A stretch of DNA of 64,000 bases from Camelus dromedarius (Eukaryota), in the NCBI RefSeq assembly GCF_036321535.1, contig NC_087437.1, positions 48,114,001-48,178,000 on the forward strand, given 5' to 3'. The notes under the pieces were generated by a model. That model did not search any database and had not been told where the DNA came from. It worked only from the letters and a program-made list of their open reading frames with translations. Each line of letters begins with the position of its first letter. Positions within the stretch are counted from its first letter, which is position 1. The position numbers were made by a program, and so were the translations under genes. Below, piece by piece: positions 53,970-64,000 of this stretch.

Positions 53970-54150
53970 GTAATAATAATAACACTTATTAAGTATTTAT
54001 GATGGGCCAGGTATGTCTAAGCATTTTACATATATTTATTCATCTTGTTCTCACTATAACCATATGAGAACTTTATTGTCTTCATTGTACAGGTAGGAAA
54101 CTGAGGAAAAGAGAGTAAAGTAGCTTTCTCAAGGAAGAACCAGGTTTTGT
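53970..54150 (-). mobile_element. MIR
   Basis: aataataataacacttattaag...aggaaactgagg. Confidence 0.75.
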
Positions 54151-54159
54151 ATCTAAACA

Positions 54160-54292
54160 AATATCCAGGTCCCACTCTTAGAGATTCTGATACAACTGGT
54201 CTGGGGTGGGCTTGGGCCTCAGTATTACTTTAAACACTTAAAAACACTCCTCAGGTGATTCCAATGTGCAGCTAAAGGTTAAAAATGACAGG
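54160..54292. mobile_element. MER5-family fragment
   Basis: agagattctgat...ggtctggggtggg...caggtgattccaatgtgcagc. Confidence 0.75.
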
Positions 54293-56749
54293 AGTGAAGT
54301 CAGTGTCCCCATGTAAGCAGTGGGTTACAATCAGAACAATTGCACTTCTGTCAAAAGTTAAAAATGATTAAATTTAGGGCAGTCTAAATCAGTTATAGAT
54401 CCCGTGAGATCTAAAAGTCTATTGCATTAAGGAATGGGCTCAATTACAGAGGGTAGAGTTACTAATGTTGGCAGCAGGCAGGTGAAGCACTGGGTAAAAA
54501 GAGCACCTGATGGCATGAGTCCTTAGACTCAGCTGCTCCCTGTATGACAGCAGGACAGTAAAGTACAAACGGATGCACTGAAATCCTTTTTTTTGGGACA
54601 CAAATTTCTAAATCTGGGGCTGCGCAGTTGGGTGGGGTATGGTGAAGTGTAACAGTCACTGTGGGCCCGGGTTGGATAAAACCAATCACATGGGAAGATT
54701 AGAATGCTGGAACCCACAAACTTGGGTGGAATGCCAAAGCCAAACTGCATGGCAGGAAAACGTTCCAGAGAGCACACAAAGAGATGTCATCAGAAAGAAG
54801 CCAGTGGGCCAAGGGAACAGGTAAGGTTATGAACTCAGGATTCAGGTACCGGTGTGACTAAGATTTCTTGAGATTAAGGTGATTCTCCTATGTTTCCTGT
54901 TTGAAGGACTGTGGTCAACTTTCAAAAACTTGCTTGTGCTAACTTTAAGACTTAAGTGTTCTTACATTCAGGGTCAATGATTTTCTTTTTATTCATGATA
55001 GAGTGAAGGACATTACCTAAATTATATATCACAGTAGAATATTTGAATAGACCAATGTACCACAGACCAGCTTAGTCCACAGAGGGCTTAGCAATATCTT
55101 CAGAATTCTTCATTTTGGACTGTACGGATGGACCACTTAACTACACACCAGACCAGCTGAGCTCCAGGTTCCCCAGTTTGAGATTTGGCTTCCAACTTAA
55201 ACATTAAATGGAAGCTGAGTGGTGCCACTGCTAACATTTTCCCTCAAGCCATCATACCATCCAGAAATGAAGTGTCCCCCTTACCATGAAAATATTAAAT
55301 ACTTTGAACTTTAAGTCCTGCTATTCTAACAAGAGGGCATATTGCTGTGAACAGACTCAAAAATTTTCATATAAATACAGTTTTTATGTAGTCATCTTAG
55401 CATAAAAACTTAATATATGAGGTTTGATATCTTAAATGTATTCTTTGGCAAATATTGGAAAGTGTAGATGATTTATAGTTACATAAATAATCACAACAAT
55501 TCACTAGGAGAGCATGATAATATTTTAAATGGGATTATCTCTACTAACTCATTTGCTGTTTTGAATGATGCTTCTATATTTATATATTAAAAATTTAAAA
55601 AATGCTCACCATGCTTATTTTATATATTCAAATTCTTACAAACCTCTCACGAAGTAGATACTGGAGAGGGATACGTAGTCCCTCTTTTATTTTCAGTAGA
55701 CAAAATTTAAAGTGCAGAAATATCAGGTAACTAGTACATAAAATTTAAGCATGTATATACTGTGTTTCTACCATTCTAACTTTGTTATGATATGTTTAAA
55801 TAGTATTTTTTTTACTAATATACTTGACATATTTATATCTAGTATTAGTAACCACATTAAGCAATTTTCATTTCTTGTTAGCTTTGCCTTATGCATTTAG
55901 ATCATGGAAATGATTCACCAGGAATAATGACTTTTCCAATAAACTTTGACAGAATCATTCCATGAATATTATTTGTAAAAAAAATACCATGAATATTATT
56001 TATAAAAGAATGTTATAAAAAAAACTCATACTGGCTGTTTGTTTCAGGTACATTTCATCTCAAATGATAAAAATGTGACTTTTATCAATATAGAGGAAAC
56101 TTGGAGTTAAGAATATGTTGTTGGATATTACAAAATCACATTTTGATCTTTTAATTTTATGATCAACTCCTTACCTTGTATTTCCCAACATTTATGTGGA
56201 AGGTAGTTATTAGTATTAAATATGAAAGAAATGAGCTAAAAATTATATGTAGGTGCATTGGACAGTGCTTTGTTGCTAGAAATCAGGATATCCTGATCTT
56301 GCATTTATGACCTAAATGCATAAAGCAAACTTAATGGGAAATGAACAGTGCTAATACTAGAGTGTAATATGTCAAGCATATTAGTAAAGGATAGCTTTGC
56401 TCCAGTGTTGCCACTGCCAGTTAATACCATTTGTGCCAGTTACTTAATACATCTGAACCTTGGTTTCCTTATATGTAAAATGACTGGATCAGATGAAATT
56501 ATTTTTATTGTGTTCCAGCTCCACCATTCTATGCATCTATGCTTGTAAGAAAATGTTTCTTTGGTTGTTGCATTTATAAATCTCATGTAGGTTCTATTAT
56601 CAATCACTTTCAATAGAGAAAAGATCTTGGCCTTTATCTTACTTATGTATTTTCCCTACATTTAAAAATAACATTCAACTCTTTTTGTTCCATTGGTTCC
56701 TGTTTCTCATCATGTTCCATCATTCTGATAATATTTAAACTGTTGATAG

Positions 56750-56960
56750 TACCAATAATTTACTGAGTGCTTACCTTATCCCAGGAACTTTGCTCAGAAC
56801 TGTGCTTACATTATTTCACTTAATTTTCACAACTTCCTAAGGCAAGTATTCTCCTTATATCTGTCTTACAGATGAGGAAACTGAGATGTAAAACTACTGG
56901 TACATTCCCACTAGTTCACTTGGCTAGTCAGTTTTGGAGCTATCATTCAAACCTATTTGC
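56750..56960 (-). mobile_element. MIR
   Basis: atttactgagtgctta...ttacagatgaggaaactgag. Confidence 0.8.
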
Positions 56961-59044
56961 ACAACTCCTATCCCTGCATATGAACAACTCTGTAATGCTC
57001 CTGAAGGACAGAGGATCTGCATCCCACGATCCCTCAAAAATCTGGGAGTGTGTCTGAGACTTAGGGACTACCTGGCTCCTTGTGTCCTACATGTATTCCT
57101 GGGAGCAGCTGCAAATGTCAAGCACTTTCATCAGGACTCCCCTCCACCACGACAGCCTGGTCTTTCAGCAGTCTGCTCCTTCACCTCCACTGAAACTGCA
57201 CCAAAACGACTTGTGGTCTTTAAGCAGACGTGGAGGCCCTGGGCACTTCCCCCTTAGACCATCACCCTCTCCGGGATCCCCGGACAGCATAGCACTGGGG
57301 CCCACAAGGCATTTCAGTGATGTGCTTACTGCATCCTGGATGCATTGCCACGTCCAGATCATCAAGTTTTATAAGCAAAGTCACAAGGCCAAGGTGACTG
57401 CATCCACTGCAGACACATGCTGATGTATAATAGCTGGGTTCGCATAGCAGCTGGCAATTTCTTATTATCATTGCCCCAAAGGCTGATCCCTCTGCCTGCC
57501 CCAGTCAGAGCTGCTTTCTGAGATGTAGAGAGCCTTGACATCCTTTCTTTCCCTTCACTCATCTCTGGGTCTTTATCTTGTGGTTATTCTTTCTTGCCAA
57601 TTTTTTTTTTTTTTTAGGAGGAAAAATTGCCTGATAGGATGAAGTTCTCCACCTGTGGTTCAGATCTCATTTCCCTCACATGGATTTTGCCACTGTTTCA
57701 CCAGTTATTCTCTCACCTGCATCTTCCATCTCTCAGTCTCCCACAGTTCTTTCCCTCTGTGTATCAACAGACACAGCTCTTCTGCTGCCTAAATCATTTC
57801 TAGGTTCATACTATCCTCCCTCTTTCTCTCTTTCCCTTCTCTCTAAAACACATGGTATTTATTTTAAAAATATTGCAGAAAATAAATCATACAAAACATG
57901 TAACAAAGTATATTTTCTTTACTTTAGCCATTTGCTATGACAAATCAAATCTAGACTGTCCTGTCTCCTAGATATGTAATTGCCACTGTGTTTATTTATG
58001 AAAGTGGTATATTTATTAGACGTTTGTTTTTGTTCTTAAAAGGTAGGATATAATAATGATGTCACCTCCTGAGTCCTATTTATATGCCAGGGTTTGTGAG
58101 AACCTGAGTCAATCCCACCCGGATAGTGCCCTCAGAGAGCAAGCAGTCCAGTGATTAAAATAAAGACAGAGTAGACTTATCACACAAAGCAGATATGCTC
58201 TGAGGTGATACTCGATATAGTCTATTCTGCCCAACCTCATGGGCATGTCCTGGTTGCTAGACTGTTAAAAGGTTTATTCAAGCTAGGTACAAATGGGAAA
58301 GTGTGGAAACAAAATTACTGGATTTTCAGAGCTGAAAGGAATCTAAAGAACATTTAGTCCAACCTCTGTTACCCTAGCATTACAGATGAGAGAAAAAATG
58401 AGGCTCAAGAAAGGTTAACTAAAAATCAACTACTGTGTGTTCATCAAATAGTGATTTTATGTCAGAGCTGGAGTATGTAAACCAGGAGATGCAATGGAAG
58501 TGGAGCAAATGGTCCCTACTCATAAGGAAATTCTGTATGTAGCACAAAAGCCCTCAATAATTTTTTGTTGAACAAATAAAATTTCTAAAAATGAAGCAAT
58601 TAAAGAACAAGTATTAAAATATGTAGACTATCAACGCACAAGAATGTCCAAAATGGTGAAGAAGAATGTGGGATGGAACTGTTTGAGAAGACTCCATAAA
58701 ATATCTGATTCTTGATCTGGCTCTTAAGTGATGTAAAATAAGTATGAATGATCATATTTTACTGGGTTTGGATAGCAGTAAAAACTACTCGTTATTTTAA
58801 CAGTAACACATGTATATATTTAAAAATATAAGTAAGACAAAGAAAGAAAGAAAAATTACGAAAACCATTATCCAGAGCTCACCCTTGACATTTTGATGTC
58901 TGTTTTTCCAAAGTTTCTATAAAATAGATGTTTCTTTAATTTTCATTTCCTGACTACCAGTGAATTGGAACATATAACTTATAAGTTTGTCAGCAATTTG
59001 TACAAGTTTTGATAAAATGCCTACTCATATCTTTTGCCCATTTT

Positions 59045-60170
59045 TCTTTTTCTTTTTTTTTTTAAGACTTTAAAGTTTTAGAGCAGTTGTAGATTTGCAA
59101 CATAATTGAGCAACTTCTGCCCCCATACACGCATAGGCTTCCCTATTGTCAACATCACTTACCAGAATGGTACATTTGTTATCAAAGATGAGCCTACATT
59201 GACACTTCATAATTACCCAAGTCCACAGTTTATTTTAGGGTTCACTCTTGGTGCAGTATATTCTATTGGTTTGGACAAATGTATAATGATATATATCCAG
59301 AATTACAATATCATAAAGAGTATTTCCAATGCCCTAAACATCCTCTGTGCCTCTCCCTTCCCCCTGCAACCATTGATCTTTTCACTGTCTCCATAGTTTT
59401 TTGTCTTTTCCAGAGATCATGTAGTTAGAATCATACAACATGTAGCCTTTTAAGATTGGCTTTTTTTCACTTAGTAATATGCACTTAAAGTTCCTCTCTG
59501 TCTTTTTGTCATTCGATAGCTCATTTCTTTTTAGCACTGAATAATATTTCACTGTCTGCATGTACCACAGTTTTTCCATTCACCCACTGAAGGACATCTT
59601 GGTTGCTTCCAGGTTTTAGCAATTATGAAGAAAGCTGCTGTAAAAATCCATGTGAAGGTGTTTGTATGAATGTAAGTTTTCAGCTACTTTGGGTGATTAC
59701 CAAGGAGTGCAGTTTTGGATAGTATGGTAAAAGTATGTTTAGTTTTATAAGAAATCACCAAACTATCTTCCAAAGTGTCTGTACCGTTTTGCATTCTTGA
59801 CAGCATTTGGTGTTATCAGAGTTTCAGACTTTGGCCATTCTAGTAGGTATGTAGTAGTAACTCATTGTTTTATTTGCATTTCCCTGGTAACATATGATAT
59901 AGAGCATCTTTTCATATGCTTATCTGCCATCTTTATATCTTCTTTGGTGAGGTGTCTCTTAAGTTCTTTGGTCCATTTAAAAAATCAAATTATTTACCCA
60001 TTGTTGAGTTTTAAGAGTTCTCTGTATATATTGAATAGTAGTCCTTTATCAGCTGTAGTTTTTTAAATATTTTCTCCTAGTCTGTGGCTTTTTTCATTCT
60101 TTTAACATTGCCTTTTGCAGAGCAGTTTTTAATAACTTTTAATAAATTCCAGCTTATCAGTTATTTCTGA
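59045..60170 (-). mobile_element. L1MC-like element (3' UTR plus ORF2 end) with TSD, nested in an older L1
   Basis: T-rich tail at 59045-59063, gagcctacattgacac...ttagggttcactcttgg motif, and TSD ttttgcccatttt at 59032-59044 and 60171-60183. Confidence 0.88.
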
Positions 60171-60839
60171 TTTTGCCCATTTTCCATTGAGATTTAAAAA
60201 TGATTTTAAAAGGATCATAGTATATATGCTTTCTTGATTTAATATATTATGAGCTTCCTTCTTGTAAATATGCATATTTCCACAACATCATTTTCAATTG
60301 CTATGCAGTGTTACATAGTTTACCACTAGTGGTGGACACTTTTAAGTTTTTATTGAATTCTGTTATTGTCATTGCTTATAAAATAAGGCTTCAGAGGGGA
60401 AGGTATAAAAATATAAAATAAGGCTTCAAACCATGTCCTTGTAGTTAAAACTATGTGTACATTCTTTGGCAGGGGTTGATAAATAATGTAAGCTATATTT
60501 ATTTTTCATTGTGCTCTCAAGCAGTTGTCTGTGAGTTTGACTTGAAACCACTATTTTAATCATTTTAAGATAAAAATTTAAGAATATCTATAGCTTGACA
60601 TAAATGCTCTAATGGGATGATATAATATGTATTATTTTCTTGCCTACTCCTGCCTCCCAATATATTCATATCACCAAGTCCCTCTCATGCATAATTAACA
60701 ATGCAGTATGTATTTTCTCTATTTTAGTCATTGTCATAGTCAAACACACATACTTGTAGATAAATACGTTTAATCATATACACATATACATTAGCTGGGG
60801 TTGTCACTGTTTTACATTTTACAAATAATATGATATGAC

Positions 60840-61460
60840 GCTTACTTCTTTGTGTCTTTTTTTTCCCTCTCACAATTATGCCTCATAAAACATCACCTAA
60901 ATCAGCCTTCATAGCTCTAGTTTGTTCTTTTTAATACTTGCATGTTATTCTAGGTATGAATGTACTATGACTTTTCAACCGTTTTCTTAAAATGGGCATT
61001 CACTTGGTTTCTTTTTCCCCTCAGCTCTGAACAGTGCTCCAACTAGCATCCTCAGTTTCTGATTGTTTTAGTTCTATGAGATAGATTCCTAGAGGTGGGA
61101 TAGCTGAATAGAGAAGTATACATGTGTTTAATTTTAAAATTGTTTAAGAATTTTGCCAGGTCATAATTATATTATTATATTACACCTTTCCTCCAACCTT
61201 GGCAGCAATAGGTATTAACTGCTTAAATTTTTTTTTTCCTGGTCTGATGTATGTAAAGTGATATCTTTCCTTTCATTTCTCTATTAGTTAATTTGAACAT
61301 CTTTTCATGTTTGTTCACCATTTGGAGTTTCTCCTCTAGAATGTGCCACTTGTGTCCTTCTCCCAGTTTTATATTGGGTTGCATATATATTTTATATATG
61401 TCAGCAATTTGTAAGAACTTTTTGCATAGTAGGCTATTAATCATATTATGGCTATTTAAC
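60840..61460 (-). mobile_element. Old L1 (L1ME-like) fragment
   Basis: gatagattcctagaggtgggatagctg and ttgaacatcttttcatgtttgttcaccattt motifs. Confidence 0.7.
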
Positions 61461-63499
61461 CCTTTGTCAGCTGAGTTGGAAATAATTTTACAATCCTCTA
61501 TTTTTCTATCAATATAACCCTTTTTGGTTAATTTTTCCATCAAGAAATATATTTACTTCAGTTTCAAGTACATCTGGAACATTCAGCTGCCCTGGAATTG
61601 CAGAAAGAACACCCAACACATGTATTTTACAACAAAATACTGAGATAATGGCAAACATAATAAAACTCTTCCTTTCAGAAAAATTTGACAAGTATAATTA
61701 AGAATCTTGATAACTCAGGAACCAATTGCAATCACAATGTGGAATGTCCCATAAAGATCCAAATTATCTTGTATTTTCATAGCATGCTAAATCTGGAGGG
61801 GATCTTAAATATTATCTTTAGATAAATCCTCATTCATTTCACAGGCTAGGAAAGTATAATAGATGAGACCAATGAGTTTCTATTTTCAAACAGAGAAAAG
61901 AGTGATATAAATCTAATCCATTCTGGGTGATTAGCAGAGATGTAAACTGACACAATTCAGGTGGGGATTTGGAGCCTGGCCTCAAATACCCTGTTGAGAC
62001 TTTTCTAAATAAAGCCAGAAGTCTTAGCAGCTCTGTAAACAAGTTTATTCAGAAAACTCAGTCTCCAAAGGGAGCTTAGCTCACTCTATTCTATCCTGAG
62101 AAACCTACAAACCATCTGGGTCTCAATCCATTATGAGAACAATCTGTATTTTGCCCCATGCTTACGTGTTACTGAATGAGGAGTATATTAGGTTTTAAGA
62201 AGGATTGTCTAATTTCTGTGGCCTGTGGACTGTGCACGAAGAACAAAACAAAAACAAATTTTTAAAAAACACCCTACACTGCCATACATTTTAATACTAA
62301 ACTGCAAAGCCAAAATACTAAAATTATTTGATCAAATTTATATTACTGATATTTTAATCCTTTAAATAAATTGTCCAAACCTATGTAAACCAAAAAATCA
62401 TATATATATAGGCCTTTATTATTTCAAAAACTTAATAAAAATAAAAACTTTTCATATCTAAAAGTTCCCAAGGCCTCAGATCTTTTATTCAAGTTCAATT
62501 ATGGTACAATTGTTTTTCAGTTTGGAAGATATTTCTACATATTTTATATTAAAATATCATGAATTTAACCTAAAAGTTTCCCAAGAAGAACAAACGGCAA
62601 ATAAATAATAATTACATATTACCTAACGCTCCTTAACAGACTACTTTGGCTCCCTTTGGTCACTAAAATGATAATATTAAAAGAGTAATTAAATGTCTTA
62701 AAATCCAGTAGAAATCTGTTCTGCAAATAAGTGAAAAGGGTTAACACAATAATGATTTTATTTTTACACAATAATGATTTGAATTTTAAAATGAGGCATG
62801 TGAGGTAATTCTCTAGCAAATGCTACTGACCACTGTTTTTATTCCAATCTCTCCCTTGACTGTTTATACAGAAAATCTTATATTTTTTTCTTACACAAGT
62901 GATCTGACAATTTTAGTTATAGACAGCTATTTGGAATAGCTTTCCAATTTGGAAGCAATATTATTTGAACAGTTAAGACTTTAGAAAGGTCATCCTAGAA
63001 ATGTATTTTTTTGCTCTTAAACTGCCTAAAAAAACCTTGGCTAGAAAATTAAATCTTGAATAACTTACCAATAAATTTCTATGTCCTCAAACTTAGACCA
63101 TAGAGACCTCTGTTTAGAGACCCCTGCTGCTAGGTGTATAGATGGTCACACTTAATGAAAGCACTTCAGATGACATCTTCACAATTTTATATCCATGATG
63201 GGCAAGCCAAATTCATTTTTAGTTATTAATACAGTTATGGTTACCATTTGGCAAAATTTGGAATTAAGATAGAATGGAGAACCAAACTGCAGATAAAGCT
63301 TTTTGGTCAAGCTAAAGGGAACTATATCTGGTTCATAAAATATTAAAATAATGTCCAGAACAACTGGGTATATTAATATGAATGAAAATATCAGTTCTAC
63401 ACTGGGGCCCAAATACACATCAAACAAAATGAAATGAAAAACTGGTTCTGAACTATCTTAACCTGTTGTTTTTGCAGAGGTTCAAAGTCTTGCTACATC

Positions 63500-63645
63500 A
63501 AAACTACCTGGATTTTTGTTAAAAATGATATCCCTGGGCTCCACCCAAGACACTGAAATCAAATTTCTGGGATAGGGCCCTGAGAGCACTTTCAAAAGCA
63601 CTCCAGGTGGACTTCTTACGTACTCAAGTGTGAACATCACTGACT
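63500..63645. mobile_element. MER5-family element
   Basis: acctggatttttgttaaaa...actgaaatcaaatttctggg...caagtgtgaacatcactg. Confidence 0.65.
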
Positions 63646-64000
63646 TGGACAAAGTAGAATATCTGGTTGAGTTCATCAAATGTTTGATCTGAATCAGTCT
63701 GTAAGAATTTGAATAAAAGAAATGCAAAATACAGACTAGAATTACTTGATACTTAGGTATTTCAGATAAATCAGACTAGTTAACATTTTGCTTAATATTT
63801 TTGCAAATTCAGGACCTAGAATACATTAAAGTAACTTTACGAAAACTGCCGAAGACATTTAAAAATATTTTTAAGTTAAAATTTTAGTTTATGAGTGTTT
63901 TTTCTTATTGTGTTAATGTTTAAGCATAAAACAGTAACTTTTAAAATAATATATATATAGAGGAGGGTGAAATCTTTCTGATTGGAAGAGAAATAATGTG

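Larger units (their letters stand above)
1..64000 (-). other. PEX5L: Window lies within the PEX5L/TRIP8b transcription unit (intron upstream of exon 1b, exons 1b and 2, long intron downstream of exon 2)
   Basis: Inferred from two recognisable minus-strand exons. No exon 1a (MYQGHMQ) or exon 4 (GKGSRAADKAVAM) was seen, consistent with the long flanking introns recalled for this gene. Confidence 0.85.

Noticed and set aside
57140..57290. REST/NRSE site (CCACCACGACAGC, CCGGACAGCA)
   Set aside because: Only half-site or gapped matches to TTCAGCACCACGGACAGCGCC.
1..64000. CRISPR arrays, operons or other prokaryote-type systems; processed pseudogenes
   Set aside because: The sequence is mammalian intron with no regular repeat-spacer structure, and I recognised no retrocopy.

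Overview
Mammalian genomic DNA, most likely from a camelid: it has a Vic-1-type tRNA-derived SINE and I saw no Bov-tA, BovB, PRE-1 or Alu. The whole window appears to lie inside the 5' part of PEX5L (TRIP8b, the auxiliary subunit of HCN channels), on the minus strand. Two coding exons are recognisable with canonical splice sites: alternative first exon 1b (39105-39197, MSDSEMDGRTHIPSLLNVLLSRNRVMQMSYL) and cassette exon 2 (37565-37636, KSKEKGYGKLSSDEDLEIIVDPKQ, containing the YGKL endocytic motif). I did not find exon 1a or exons 3/4, which probably lie outside the window. The rest is intron containing L1, L2, MIR, MER5, Charlie/MER102, MLT1, a MER41-like solo LTR and microsatellites. Almost all ORFs in the supplied track look spurious. 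I found no convincing new biological system. The best leads are candidate extra promoters/first exons of PEX5L (about 40 kb and 14.8 kb) and several unusual retrotransposition footprints. Gene and repeat names come from recalled sequences, not database searches.
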